In this document: positions 9,982 through 19,828 of the stretch, in pieces | Numbering within the stretch: position 1 is the stretch's first letter | How the letters are laid out: each line of letters opens with the position of its first letter | Source: a virus | Lineage: Duplodnaviria; Caudoviricetes | IMG/VR virus record: IMGVR_UViG_3300028887_000080 | Location: 60,222-124,221 of that record | Length of the DNA stretch: 64,000 nt | Strand: one strand, 5' to 3' | Notes under the pieces: generated by a model | Told to the model about the DNA's origin: nothing | The model's input: the letters and a program-made list of their open reading frames with translations, nothing else | The model's database searches: none | Program-made: the position numbers and the translations under genes

Positions 9982-10530
9982 ATGGAGCGTATTCTTAACT
10001 ATGATGAATTTGTGAGTGTGAACGAGAAACTCGTTTATTCCGACGGCAAGAAGAAAACCGCGAAGAAAAAGTCTTCAAACATAGTCGGTTATCTTGAGAT
10101 GGTCACTGTGCCTGACGTCGGTGATTTTGTCGCAAAGTTCGACAGCGGAAACGGTTCGGTCAGTTCAATCACATACGACAGTTATGAAATAGACGGCGAA
10201 TATGTGGTATGGAAACTCAACGGAAGGTCTATGCGATGCAAAAGAACAAAGACGTCCATTGTAGCGAACAAGGGGAACGAGGAGAGAATCGGGATAGAAC
10301 TCGACATCGTGTTCAACGGGGTTAGGTATGAAAAGATACCGTTCACATTGGCAGACCGCTCGAAGAACTATGCGAAGATGCTCGTGAACAGGACGTTCAT
10401 CAACACGATACACGGAGTGGTTGACACCTCCGCGTCGTTTATGGTGACTGAAAGACCAGACGGGTTTTCGGTGAACAAAAAAGACAGATACAGCGGAATT
10501 GTTTTCCAAACAAACGACGAGGAGGAGTGA
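9982..10530 (+). CDS. RimB-like retropepsin (RimK-associated aspartic protease) with capsid-targeting-like leader
   Basis: AKFDSGN catalytic motif, FTLADRS...MLVNR; leader MERILNYDEFVSVNE. Confidence 0.7.
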   Translation: MERILNYDEFVSVNEKLVYSDGKKKTAKKKSSNIVGYLEMVTVPDVGDFVAKFDSGNGSVSSITYDSYEIDGEYVVWKLNGRSMRCKRTKTSIVANKGNEERIGIELDIVFNGVRYEKIPFTLADRSKNYAKMLVNRTFINTIHGVVDTSASFMVTERPDGFSVNKKDRYSGIVFQTNDEEE

Positions 10531-10531
10531 T

Positions 10532-10978
10532 ATGAAAATAATAGAGAGTTTCGCGGTTTTTGAAAAACTGCTGCACAAGGAGAAAAGCATACGCAAGGCG
10601 CTCGACAGCAATTTCTGCGTGTTCCAATACATAAAGAAGGACGGTGAGAAACGCAAGGCGTTCGGCACATTGAAGTCCGACTTCATATCTAAATGGTGGA
10701 AACCATCGGGTGAGGAGTCACCGTCGATAGACGCGCTGCGACTTCAGGGTTATATACAGTATTGGGACATCGAGCGCAAGAACTTCAGGCAGTTCACTAT
10801 GGACGAGGGTGTGCACCTTCTTGAGGAATATGCGACCGCAGAGGAAATGGCGGAAAAATACCCTGAATTGAGAAAGAAACTCGGACTTCCCAAGTATGAC
10901 GAGAAGAAAAAGGAGAAAAACGGTGACGAGAAAACCGACAAAGGGAATGACGAAAGTGGAGATGATGGAAAAAAGTGA
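10532..10978 (+). CDS. SH3/WYL-like beta-barrel (DUF2693-like) protein
   Basis: FQYIKKDGEKRKAFGTL...YWDIERKNFRQF. Confidence 0.7.
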   Translation: MKIIESFAVFEKLLHKEKSIRKALDSNFCVFQYIKKDGEKRKAFGTLKSDFISKWWKPSGEESPSIDALRLQGYIQYWDIERKNFRQFTMDEGVHLLEEYATAEEMAEKYPELRKKLGLPKYDEKKKEKNGDEKTDKGNDESGDDGKK

Positions 10979-10995
10979 TATATCATTGATATATC
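10977..10995. repeat. GATATATC-N3-GATATATC box
   Basis: GATATATC ATT GATATATC. Confidence 0.85.
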
Positions 10996-11004
10996 GCAAA
11001 AAAC

Positions 11005-11031
11005 AAAAAGGGAGGCATTGCCTCCCTTTTT
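11005..11031. terminator. Bidirectional terminator
   Basis: AAAAAGGGAGGCA-T-TGCCTCCCTTTTT between convergent genes. Confidence 0.8.
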
Positions 11032-11037
11032 CTGTTT

Positions 11038-11643
11038 TCAGTCGATGTTTCCGATGTACTTCTTGAGTTTTTTCTGCGCGGAGATGAACTTCGCCCTTGC
11101 CCTGTGCATAGGTATTCCGAGCGTGTCTCCGATTGAGGCGAAGTCGGTCTTGCCGTTGTTCGTCGGGATAATACCTATTCTCATCTTCACGACCTTCGAC
11201 TGCATTTCGTTCAGTTTTTCAAGAGCGTTCTTGATGTCAATCATAAGATTCACGTCGTTCTGTTTGTATTCAAGCGGCATAAGGTGTCCGTCAGGCATAA
11301 TCAGGTCTTCGTATTTGTGCTTGATTTTCTCATACTCCTTGAACCCTCCGTTTGTTCGGTTGTATGGGAGATGCACCACGTTTTTTTGGTTGTTGAGTTC
11401 GCGTTTCGCGTACTCCGTCATAAAAGGTTTCGCGTATGACCAAAATCGGTCGTTCAGGTCGGGGTCGTACTGCTCAATCAACCGCACGACGACGATTGAG
11501 CATATCTGTCTTATGTCGTCCTTTATGTCGCTCTGCATTTTGCCGAACTCATAGATGATGACATTCACAATGTTGTTGAAATCTTTTGATTTCAGGAGGT
11601 CGTCAACTGTCAGTTTTTCATTTGTGCCTTTTTCATTGTCCAT
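11038..11643 (-). CDS. Sigma70-family RNA polymerase sigma factor
   Basis: Region 2-like YDPDLNDRFWSYA and region 4 HTH IGDTLGIPMHRAR. Confidence 0.7.
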   Translation of the reverse strand: MDNEKGTNEKLTVDDLLKSKDFNNIVNVIIYEFGKMQSDIKDDIRQICSIVVVRLIEQYDPDLNDRFWSYAKPFMTEYAKRELNNQKNVVHLPYNRTNGGFKEYEKIKHKYEDLIMPDGHLMPLEYKQNDVNLMIDIKNALEKLNEMQSKVVKMRIGIIPTNNGKTDFASIGDTLGIPMHRARAKFISAQKKLKKYIGNID

Positions 11644-11700
11644 AGGTTTTGTTCATTAAAGATTATTCGGTATGTTCAAATATCATTGCGTACACCGTAA

Positions 11701-11736
11701 GGCGTTTTCAGGCGTTTTCAGGCGTTTTCAGGCGTT
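11701..11736. repeat. Tandem repeat (GGCGTTTTCA)x3.6
   Basis: Directly visible, upstream of the sigma gene. Confidence 0.9.
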
Positions 11737-12031
11737 ATTTTTGAAAAACCGTGGCGACGGTGTTTCCGTCGGAGAAGTTGTCCAAAACGTCACGTTTGTA
11801 GGTTTCACGCAAGGAATCGTCTATGTATTCGTCGAGTATCCGAAGAAGTTCGATACGCTCGAACACGAAATTTTGCGTGATTTGGTGAATCGAGTCGTTT
11901 GCAAAATCGTCATTCACGCTGAACGTGGATGATGACAAGAGGTTGCCGCATTTCCTGTGTATTTCGTCAGCGGTTGCGGTTTCAGGGTTCACGCTCTCTT
12001 GGAGCACATAAATGTTGATTGATATGTCCAT
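11735..12031 (-). CDS. Hypothetical protein
   Basis: ATG at 12031 (MDISINIY), in operon. Confidence 0.6.
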   Translation of the reverse strand: MDISINIYVLQESVNPETATADEIHRKCGNLLSSSTFSVNDDFANDSIHQITQNFVFERIELLRILDEYIDDSLRETYKRDVLDNFSDGNTVATVFQK

Positions 12032-12044
12032 ATTGCACAGATGT

Positions 12045-12680
12045 TTATGAATCGTATTTTTTGTATTCGGGGTATTCCTTGAAAAACACGTCGTCGAACA
12101 TCCTGTCCTCAAGCACCCAAGACCAAAAGTCGTCGCCCTCTTTCGTGAGGTTCCAATCGAACCCGCCCTCGCTTCTGTCCGCGCACAGGTTTGCCGCGAA
12201 CACATACAGGTTTTCCTTTCCCTGCTGCTCGCGCTGCCGTTGGAGCATTTTGATTACGACGCCGAGAGGTATTCCGGCAAGTTCACCCACGAGTTGGGAA
12301 CTTGTCACGTTCGACGGGTTCTCCGTTTCGTCCACGATGACGCCGAAATCCCCCTTGTCGGAAATGTACGGAACAGTGAGGACTGTATGGGAATCCTCGC
12401 TTTCATCGTTCACGCAGTCCCACAATTTGTTTTCGGCGAACACAAGGCATTGTCCCCCGCCATAGACTATAAGTCTCTCAATCGGGAGTTCCCCCTGAAT
12501 GATTTTCGCGTTCTGCTCTATTTCGTCCAAGATTGGGTTGATGCCGCTTTCCTGATACACCTTCCCCCACCGCTGCGACTTGATGTTCTCTGTCGCCCTG
12601 TATGTTACATAGTAGGCGTTCGCATTGTTGCCCGCCTCTACGAAGTCGTCGAATGTTTGTGTGAAATGTTCTCTTTTCAT
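12045..12680 (-). CDS. Hypothetical protein
   Basis: 211-aa ORF in operon. Confidence 0.7.
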   Translation of the reverse strand: MKREHFTQTFDDFVEAGNNANAYYVTYRATENIKSQRWGKVYQESGINPILDEIEQNAKIIQGELPIERLIVYGGGQCLVFAENKLWDCVNDESEDSHTVLTVPYISDKGDFGVIVDETENPSNVTSSQLVGELAGIPLGVVIKMLQRQREQQGKENLYVFAANLCADRSEGGFDWNLTKEGDDFWSWVLEDRMFDDVFFKEYPEYKKYDS

Positions 12681-12681
12681 A

Positions 12682-12906
12682 TCATTGCAGTTCTATAACA
12701 CGCCAAGCGTCGATATGTTCAACGCGTTTCGCGTTTTTTGTGTTCTGTTCCTTGAAAATGTTGTCCACGGCGTCATACCAAACCGTACGGACACTTTTGC
12801 GCTCGCTTTCACTGATGTCCTCGAACATATTGAGTTGCACGCGAACCTTTACTTCATAATAACCGGAATATGTCGGTTTTGTGAGATTGATTGGTATCCA
12901 TTCCAT
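12682..12906 (-). CDS. Small hypothetical protein (MEWI..P.YSG.Y type)
   Basis: Tightly packed ORF. Confidence 0.6.
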   Translation of the reverse strand: MEWIPINLTKPTYSGYYEVKVRVQLNMFEDISESERKSVRTVWYDAVDNIFKEQNTKNAKRVEHIDAWRVIELQ

Positions 12907-12908
12907 AG

Positions 12909-13667
12909 TTATTCCCCCTTTATGATTTCAACATTTGAATAGTCGATAGGTTTGAAATTCCCCGCGTTCATAATCAGACTTCCCGCCTCGTCGTATCTTG
13001 AATTGAACTCGTCTTCCGCGATTGGCGTGATTTCCTCTTCGTCGAAGTCCGCCTTGTTGAGCGTGCCTATGGTGTTGATGGAGGTGTTCCCGTAGTTCTG
13101 CATATCAATGTTGATGAACACCCGCTCGCCCTCTGAATTGTATCCATAGCAGCGGACAAACATATACGACGGGGTTTTGACCTCGAAGTATGGCGGAAGT
13201 CCGTCGTCTCCGATTTCCTTTTTGTGTCTGCCGCCCCTTGTTTGGACAGGCGGTTTCGCCTGTACCTTATGCTCCGTCTTGGCGGTCGGTTGCTGTGCGC
13301 AGACCGCCCCCCAAATTACGTTCCCGCTTTCATCGGTTTCGATTGACGACATTGCGTCGGTGCAGAGTTTGACTATGTTCTCTATGATTTTTCTTGGCGA
13401 CTCCCCGTATTGCGAATCGACTTCCTGCGCGGTTTCGGCGATTTTTTTCACTACGCCGTACAGCTTCTCCGCGATGTGCTTCGGGTCTTTCGTCTTCGCA
13501 TACCATTGTAGCAGGTTCTCCACCGCGTGTTCGATTGTGTCACCGCGCTCCGTGTGCTCGTCCGCGCCGCTATTGTATGTGGCGACCCAATGGTTTCCGT
13601 TGAAGTTGAAGGACACATATTTCGCGTGCCCCCCGAACTGTGCCATAAGTTCATTGGTTGTTTTCAT
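12909..13667 (-). CDS. Hypothetical protein
   Basis: 252-aa ORF. Confidence 0.7.
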   Translation of the reverse strand: MKTTNELMAQFGGHAKYVSFNFNGNHWVATYNSGADEHTERGDTIEHAVENLLQWYAKTKDPKHIAEKLYGVVKKIAETAQEVDSQYGESPRKIIENIVKLCTDAMSSIETDESGNVIWGAVCAQQPTAKTEHKVQAKPPVQTRGGRHKKEIGDDGLPPYFEVKTPSYMFVRCYGYNSEGERVFINIDMQNYGNTSINTIGTLNKADFDEEEITPIAEDEFNSRYDEAGSLIMNAGNFKPIDYSNVEIIKGE

Positions 13668-13980
13668 CTTCGATATTTTCTATTTGTTCTATTTTCTTGT
13701 CTATGAGTGCGCGGAACGATTTCCACTGCGTTTCGATAAGGTCTTTGCAGCACGCGTGTTCTCGGTTTCCGAAAAGAAGGGACAGGAACTTCTTCCACCC
13801 CCTGTATTCGTCGAGGTGCTCCTTGTGCAGGGAAAGGGTTTTCCAGTTGTCGATGTAGTTGGCGGCACTTTCCCATTGCGCGACTGTCTTGCAGTCCTTG
13901 ATATGCTCGTATGCGATGACTGCACTGCTGCACAGCAGCGTCAGGTTGTGCTCCATCTTTACAAACTCCATAGTTTTCAT
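13651..13980 (-). CDS. Hypothetical protein
   Basis: Overlap-coupled ORF. Confidence 0.6.
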   Translation of the reverse strand: MKTMEFVKMEHNLTLLCSSAVIAYEHIKDCKTVAQWESAANYIDNWKTLSLHKEHLDEYRGWKKFLSLLFGNREHACCKDLIETQWKSFRALIDKKIEQIENIEDENNQ

Positions 13981-14363
13981 AGGTCGATGTGGTTTACGAT
14001 TGTGTAAAGGTTTTCGTTGAACGGGAGTCCAGAGTCATTGTCATTGTTTCCAAAAGCGCCTCTCGGTGCTAAAATCCCGTCTATGTTGCACTTTTTCGAT
14101 ATGTAGTACACATCCCCGTTCTTGTTGGTGCGGGTCTCGGTGATGAGGTCGTAGTTCCACTCGTTGTCCTTGAACGGGTTTTCCTCGTCGTAATTGTAGA
14201 TGAGGATGTCCCCCTTCTTTGGTTTGGGGTTGTTCTCCGCCACTTTTGCTTTCCGTTTCTTTGTGATGTGGTCGGCAATCAGATTGACCACGGAAACGAA
14301 AAAACCTGCCGTGAGGATGAGTGCGAAAATAAAGAGAAATAGTCCGTATTTGTCCATTTCCAT
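13977..14363 (-). CDS. Membrane-anchored hypothetical protein
   Basis: N-terminal hydrophobic helix. Confidence 0.65.
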   Translation of the reverse strand: MEMDKYGLFLFIFALILTAGFFVSVVNLIADHITKKRKAKVAENNPKPKKGDILIYNYDEENPFKDNEWNYDLITETRTNKNGDVYYISKKCNIDGILAPRGAFGNNDNDSGLPFNENLYTIVNHIDL

Positions 14364-14383
14364 AATTGAAAGTTTTTTGTTTA

Positions 14384-14394
14384 TTGAATATAAT
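14384..14394 (-). promoter_or_regulatory. Putative early/middle promoter ATTATATTCAA
   Basis: Exact 11-mer. Confidence 0.6.
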
Positions 14395-14413
14395 GTAATT
14401 TATGTTTTTTTTT

Positions 14414-14995
14414 TCAGATTTTTTTCCAATACTTTTTGTGGATTTTCTCACCGTCTATGTTCCCCCATTTGCAGGGTTTGATGCAGGGATAGCAGTTGAG
14501 GTCGCAGATGAGTTCGTCCACAATGTCTTTGTGCCTCGCACACACCTCTTGGAACACCCTGTTTATTTTCGCCGCCTGCCTGCCGTTCACGAATTTCGTC
14601 AGACCGATTCTGCCGTTTATGCGGACGAGACCTTTCCACAGTCTTTTCTCATAGCGCTTTGCGTATTCGGAGAACGTTTCATCTTTCTTTTGCGAAATGG
14701 CGCCTGCGTCTATTTTGAAATTGACGAAACGTCGGAACCTGTTCCAAAGGTTCCGTATGGGTTTGTACTTCAGAAGCCACTTTTCGCTATGGGTGTCCAC
14801 GTTCAGTCCGTAACCGAACAGGAGTTGGAAAAGACCTCCGTTCCAAAGGTTCACGACCTCATCCCGCACGCAACCGTTTTTTTCGGAAACATAGATATGC
14901 AACCTGTGTTTCTTGAACCCCGCTTTCAGTTCGGAGATTGCGTCATAGAGTTCGTCACCGTACAAGGCGAACCAATCGTCATAGTATTCGTGCAT
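14414..14995 (-). CDS. Hypothetical protein
   Basis: 193-aa ORF. Confidence 0.65.
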   Translation of the reverse strand: MHEYYDDWFALYGDELYDAISELKAGFKKHRLHIYVSEKNGCVRDEVVNLWNGGLFQLLFGYGLNVDTHSEKWLLKYKPIRNLWNRFRRFVNFKIDAGAISQKKDETFSEYAKRYEKRLWKGLVRINGRIGLTKFVNGRQAAKINRVFQEVCARHKDIVDELICDLNCYPCIKPCKWGNIDGEKIHKKYWKKI

Positions 14996-15007
14996 ATCGT
15001 AAAGGTG

Positions 15008-15640
15008 TTAGAATTCGCACTCGATTTCCTCCGACATTTTCTCGAACTCCGCCACGCACTTTTTCAGGATTGACACATAATATGTGCTCGTGACGAGTTC
15101 GGGTTCAGCGTCGGCGTCGAAGTTGAGGAGTTCCTTGAACCCGTTGCACCAATTCCCTTGGAACACGCCGTTGTCGACGGGTTCCTGTTCGCGACCGCTG
15201 TCTTGGTTCGGTGTTTCGTCCTGTTTCGTGTACAACTTTTCGTCAACTCTTCTTTTGTGTTCGTGCCGCCAAATGATTTCGCGCATATAGATTACGGTGT
15301 GCAGACCGATTTGACCGTCGAAGTAGTTCACGTTGTATGTGATGCAGTTCATAAGGTGTGCGTCGGACATATTGCACAGCGGAACCCAAATGCGGTTTCT
15401 GTTCTCGTCGAACGTTCCCCTGCATACGTTCTCCCTGATTTCCTCGAACGGTGAGTCGTAGTAGACGCACATATTGGTCATCTTTTCATTGTTCTTCGAC
15501 ATACGCACATAGGACGAACCTCCGTCGACGAAATAGTATTCGCCGTTTTTGTCCGTGTGTGATACATAGTCGTGTGTGCTGTATGAGGTCAGCACCGTCC
15601 CGTCAGGCGTTTTCCACCTGTTCAGTAATAGAGTTTTCAT
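15008..15640 (-). CDS. Conserved phage hypothetical protein
   Basis: TPDGTVL.S...HDYV...VDGG motif. Confidence 0.65.
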   Translation of the reverse strand: MKTLLLNRWKTPDGTVLTSYSTHDYVSHTDKNGEYYFVDGGSSYVRMSKNNEKMTNMCVYYDSPFEEIRENVCRGTFDENRNRIWVPLCNMSDAHLMNCITYNVNYFDGQIGLHTVIYMREIIWRHEHKRRVDEKLYTKQDETPNQDSGREQEPVDNGVFQGNWCNGFKELLNFDADAEPELVTSTYYVSILKKCVAEFEKMSEEIECEF

Positions 15641-16055
15641 TGCTCTCGTTTTTTGGTTTTTCTACTTTGATGTTGTTGAGGACACTTGACAGCGTGTGCT
15701 GTATGTTGCCCCTGTATTCGTTTTCCATTTCCTGCCTGCGTTTTTCGACCACTGTCGTGAAATTCCCGACGACATACTTCAGAACCCTTGCATTCTTCAT
15801 CTTTATGTCGTAACCGAACTTGTGGTTGATGACGGACGCAATGTTGGTGTTGAAGTCCGCCACAACGAATATCCCGTTCTCCTCCGACTTGATGTAGAAC
15901 TTGCTCATATCGGGAACCATAAGCAGTTCGCTTTCCTGCGAGTTCAACAGTTTTCTCACGATAATCATAAGATAGCGTTCCTCTCGTTCGATTTTGATAT
16001 TGCGCGACCCGATGAAGAGTATTTTCAGTCTGTGTTTGATTCTTCTGATGCTCAT
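15603..16055 (-). CDS. Hypothetical protein
   Basis: 150-aa ORF. Confidence 0.65.
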   Translation of the reverse strand: MSIRRIKHRLKILFIGSRNIKIEREERYLMIIVRKLLNSQESELLMVPDMSKFYIKSEENGIFVVADFNTNIASVINHKFGYDIKMKNARVLKYVVGNFTTVVEKRRQEMENEYRGNIQHTLSSVLNNIKVEKPKNESNENSITEQVENA

Positions 16056-16058
16056 AAT

Positions 16059-16247
16059 TTAATTATTTGTTGTTTTCGCTTTGTTTTCCGAATAGTGCTC
16101 GCATTTCCGTCCGCCCGTGCAACCGACAATGTTGTAGCGTTTTGGATTGTGACCGACAAGCGGGTGAACGCGCTCTGCGCATTTGCACACCCCGCAGTTC
16201 TTGATGTTGGTCTTTTCAAAGTGAAGGCAGTTCGTACACATCCTCAT
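16059..16247 (-). CDS. Small Cys-rich protein
   Basis: CxxC..C.C pattern. Confidence 0.55.
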   Translation of the reverse strand: MRMCTNCLHFEKTNIKNCGVCKCAERVHPLVGHNPKRYNIVGCTGGRKCEHYSENKAKTTNN

Positions 16248-16726
16248 TTTTCCACCTTTCCCTTCAAGTGGTGTTCAATAGCGTATTCAATCGCCTTGTC
16301 CTCCGCTTTCTCGTATGATGTGAAGTAATCCCTGCAATCAAACATCTTCCGCGTTTTTGTGTCGGTGACCGAGAACGTGTATTCAACGTCTCCGTTGTTC
16401 TTGTATGCGTAGCGTATCTGTATGATGATGCCGTGCTTGTCTCGGAACCATTTCTCAACGAGCGGTAGCGTCGGGGCGGAGCAGGTGTCACCATTCATCC
16501 ATTCACAGGAGTTCCTGTTGGCGTGGAGTCCGATACGACCGCCCTTGATTTCAACAATCTTATCCTCATTCATTGCGCTGATGAGGTCAAGTCGCTCCTC
16601 AAAGGATATTGACCGTCCCTCATATTGGAAGTCGCTTGAAAAATACAGTTCGCAGGGTTCGTCAAACCCGTACTTTTTCAGGAGCATACCTGTCTCATAG
16701 GTCACGTTTTCAAGTTCAATACTCAT
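16244..16726 (-). CDS. Conserved phage hypothetical protein
   Basis: LLKKYGFD...SAPT...KWFR...SYEKA pattern. Confidence 0.65.
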   Translation of the reverse strand: MSIELENVTYETGMLLKKYGFDEPCELYFSSDFQYEGRSISFEERLDLISAMNEDKIVEIKGGRIGLHANRNSCEWMNGDTCSAPTLPLVEKWFRDKHGIIIQIRYAYKNNGDVEYTFSVTDTKTRKMFDCRDYFTSYEKAEDKAIEYAIEHHLKGKVEK

Positions 16727-16732
16727 AGCGGT

Positions 16733-17770
16733 TTATTTGAATAAGTTTTCCGTAATTGTGTTCCCTTCGGCGTCGGCAAGCACGAAATTCTCGTTGAGAG
16801 TGCAGTCGAGTCCTTCATATACGAAATGCCTGTCGCATTCCTCGATTTTCTCGCCGTGCATAAGTTGCCATACAATCCCGTGATAGGTCTGCGGCACGCA
16901 CATAATCTTCTTTCCGCCGCTTTCTATGTCCGTGCGCAGGAAAAACGTGCACACGTCCTTTCCGCTCGTGCCTTCCTTCGTGTGGGCGCGGAGGTGGTAT
17001 TCGGTGCTTGTGAACAGGCTCACCTTCACATAAAAACCGTATTGTTCGAGAATTGTTGCCTCGATACGCTTGTGCATCCCAGACTTGATGAAAATGTCGG
17101 CGGTGTTCAAATCTGTCCTGAACACAAGTTCGTCAACCGACACCGCGCACAGGGAAAGTATGCCTCTGTCGATGAGTCCGCCGATTATGCCGTCTCTTGC
17201 AAGGTCTTCATATACGGTTCCCATAATGTTCCGTTCGACCGTCGTGTGGCGACTTGGGTTCAGTTGCCCGAATACGACCTGCCTGATGTATTTTGATTCT
17301 ATGATGTACTCACAGTCGGTGAATTTTCGGCAGAACTCATCCCACGTCTTGCAGTTGAGCACAATGGCTGGATTGACGTATGAGAGCGCTTGGAAGTTCG
17401 CTTTCTTCAGGTCGATTGAAATGAACACCCCTCCTGCGTTGGTGTGGTTCCATACACTTTTCGCCGCGCCGTTGAATGTGACGGGTTTGTATGCGAATAT
17501 GTCCATATCGCAGTTGTTGAACGCTTCATAGTGTTCATTTTTCAACGCCTGAATCATTTCCTCGCGTTTCTGATAGTAATAGTCAAGGAACTTGCTGGCG
17601 TCGCCTGAAAAGTCCTTGTTGACCATTTCAACAAACGCAACCCATTTGTCCCAATATCCGAGTTTGTTCATCTGTTTGACGAACACTTCCTGTGACACCG
17701 TTTTAATCGGTATGTTGTTGTCGCTCAAAAACCGCGACACCACTTCAATTTCAAAATCGAGAACGTCCAT
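16733..17770 (-). CDS. Hypothetical protein, possibly polymerase-palm-like
   Basis: FISIDLKKANFQ and VSVDELVF motifs. Confidence 0.55.
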   Translation of the reverse strand: MDVLDFEIEVVSRFLSDNNIPIKTVSQEVFVKQMNKLGYWDKWVAFVEMVNKDFSGDASKFLDYYYQKREEMIQALKNEHYEAFNNCDMDIFAYKPVTFNGAAKSVWNHTNAGGVFISIDLKKANFQALSYVNPAIVLNCKTWDEFCRKFTDCEYIIESKYIRQVVFGQLNPSRHTTVERNIMGTVYEDLARDGIIGGLIDRGILSLCAVSVDELVFRTDLNTADIFIKSGMHKRIEATILEQYGFYVKVSLFTSTEYHLRAHTKEGTSGKDVCTFFLRTDIESGGKKIMCVPQTYHGIVWQLMHGEKIEECDRHFVYEGLDCTLNENFVLADAEGNTITENLFK

Positions 17771-17794
17771 TTTAATTTTTTTGGTTTTCTTTAT

Positions 17795-17805
17795 TTGAAT
17801 ATAAT
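17795..17805 (-). promoter_or_regulatory. Putative early/middle promoter ATTATATTCAA
   Basis: Exact 11-mer. Confidence 0.6.
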
Positions 17806-17831
17806 GGAATTTTTGAAGTTTTTGAACTCGT

Positions 17832-17850
17832 GATATATCAATGATATATC
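17832..17850. repeat. GATATATC-N3-GATATATC box
   Basis: GATATATC AAT GATATATC. Confidence 0.85.
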
Positions 17851-17875
17851 GTATGAAAAAAATATCTTCTGAAAT

Positions 17876-19741
17876 TTATCGCAAAAGCGTGGAAACCTTG
17901 TCAATCTGCTCATACAGGTAGTGTTCCACCCCGTCCGCTTTTTTGTATTTGTCGCTGAAACGACCGCCATTGTCCTTTATCTGCCCGTATTCTTCCACCG
18001 CCTTTGACGAGATGTGCATAGGGTCTCTCGACTTGTCTTTGATTTGGTCGGACACCAACTGTATGTCCCGTATAAATTCTTCAGGCAAATCGCTTTTCTT
18101 GAGGTCTGCGAGGAACGGGGTGTGCATAATCCTGCCCTTGCCTGCGTTGAACATAGACTCTATGTCCGCGGCGTCTCTCGGTTTGCCGTGTTCGATTTGG
18201 CAGGTGAACGCCACGTTCACGGGGAAGTCGTCGTATCCAAGTCCTTCGCCCATCTGCATTTCAACCTGCTTGCATATCATATTTCCCATCATAGCGATTG
18301 GGTTGAGCGGGTTTCCGATGGTGACGTGCCAATACCCAGTCGGTTCCGACGACAGGATTGCGTTTGCAGGTTGTGTGAAACCGAGTTGTCCGAGGTTTCC
18401 GTTTATAAGGGAACCAATCATATTTTGTATGGCGCCGTTGAATATGTTTTTCGCGAGGTCTACCCAATCCTTCAGCGAGGAGGGCCAACTTCCGTTGTTC
18501 TGTGACTTGATGAAGTTCGTTGCGTGTGCGACAAGACTTTTTCCGTATGTCGCGTAGTCGCCCTTTGCAAAGGCGGAAAGGTCTCCGGGTTGTTTGCCGA
18601 ACCCTCCTCCGTTTCCGTAGTAACGGGTGGCGCCTCCCCAAAACGAACCCGTGCTTGTCCCCATAGTAATCATATTGCCTATGATGTCGAGCATAGCGAT
18701 TTTGGGGTTCACATATTGCAGGGACTTCAATTCGTACTCGAATTTCAGATTGAAACTCTGCTCGAAGTTGAGACCCGTGTCGCGTATCTTCGTCTTTTTG
18801 ATTACATCGACTGGACCCTGTGTGTACTTTTGGTATTTCTGCCACGGGTCAACCTGTGCGTACTGTCCTGCGACCTGCTGCTGTGCGGGTGTCAGACTTG
18901 TTCCTGCAAGAGCGTTGAACGCGCTCATAGAAAATCCCCTTGAGAACGGGTTTGCGCTTTTGTCGTTCACGGTGTTGATTAACGTCGCCCCGACACCGAA
19001 ACTTGAAGCGCCCGGTGTCCCTGACGTGAGAGATTGTATTTCGGAAGTCTGCTCCGCCCAATTCGTGCCCCAAGTGAATTTAAGGAGGTCGTCCATTTTG
19101 TTCCCTGCCATCTCCGACATATAGGTTGTCGCTGTGGCGATTGGCAACAGGGCGTCCCTTGTGTTGAGTTTCGCGTGTATCTCCTCACTGTATGCGAGGT
19201 TGAATGCCACGTCCCCGCAAGGCATACCGTATCTTCGCAATGTGATTAGGTAGTTCGGCGGTATGAACCCGTAGTATTTGTTGTAGATGAAGTCCTCTAT
19301 CCTGTACCTTGCGGAGTCGATGTTCTTGTATGCCTCTATGATTTTTTGGTATGTGACACCGCCGCTTGTCCACATCCTGTTGGCGCGTGCGAGGTCATTG
19401 TCGAAATACCTCTGCATCAATTCAGGGTCGTTGCGCTTGAACATACCCATAATGCCTGTGTAGTCCACCATCTGCCATCTTGAGAACATACTGAACGGCG
19501 CTATCACGCCTACTGTCCGCACATCATAAATTGATGACGCCTTTCCTTGCGATTCGGGGTTCCCAGCGTCATCGGTCGTGAACACGACGTCGCCTGCGTA
19601 CATATTCCCGTTTTCGTCAGGGGCGAACGCCCACGTCCACATAGGGGTGGACGTACCCGACACTTCCCACACATTAGAATACGGGGAGAACATACTGTCA
19701 TAAAGTTCGGGAATTTCGGGAATTTTGTTTTCCGGAGGCAT
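17876..19741 (-). CDS. Probable tail/baseplate structural protein
   Basis: 621 aa, late promoter, beta-rich WHVTIGNPLNPIA...DDFP segment. Confidence 0.5.
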   Translation of the reverse strand: MPPENKIPEIPELYDSMFSPYSNVWEVSGTSTPMWTWAFAPDENGNMYAGDVVFTTDDAGNPESQGKASSIYDVRTVGVIAPFSMFSRWQMVDYTGIMGMFKRNDPELMQRYFDNDLARANRMWTSGGVTYQKIIEAYKNIDSARYRIEDFIYNKYYGFIPPNYLITLRRYGMPCGDVAFNLAYSEEIHAKLNTRDALLPIATATTYMSEMAGNKMDDLLKFTWGTNWAEQTSEIQSLTSGTPGASSFGVGATLINTVNDKSANPFSRGFSMSAFNALAGTSLTPAQQQVAGQYAQVDPWQKYQKYTQGPVDVIKKTKIRDTGLNFEQSFNLKFEYELKSLQYVNPKIAMLDIIGNMITMGTSTGSFWGGATRYYGNGGGFGKQPGDLSAFAKGDYATYGKSLVAHATNFIKSQNNGSWPSSLKDWVDLAKNIFNGAIQNMIGSLINGNLGQLGFTQPANAILSSEPTGYWHVTIGNPLNPIAMMGNMICKQVEMQMGEGLGYDDFPVNVAFTCQIEHGKPRDAADIESMFNAGKGRIMHTPFLADLKKSDLPEEFIRDIQLVSDQIKDKSRDPMHISSKAVEEYGQIKDNGGRFSDKYKKADGVEHYLYEQIDKVSTLLR

Positions 19742-19767
19742 TATTTTCTTCGATTTTTTTGTTATAT

Positions 19768-19775
19768 TATTTATA
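19768..19775 (-). promoter_or_regulatory. Late promoter TATAAATA
   Basis: Exact motif. Confidence 0.7.
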
Positions 19776-19796
19776 TGATGGATATGACGGAAGGTT

Positions 19797-19804
19797 TATA
19801 AATA
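19797..19804 (+). promoter_or_regulatory. Late promoter TATAAATA (upstream of the late sigma gene)
   Basis: Exact motif. Confidence 0.65.
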
Positions 19805-19828
19805 ATATCTATTCAAAACTTATCCGTT

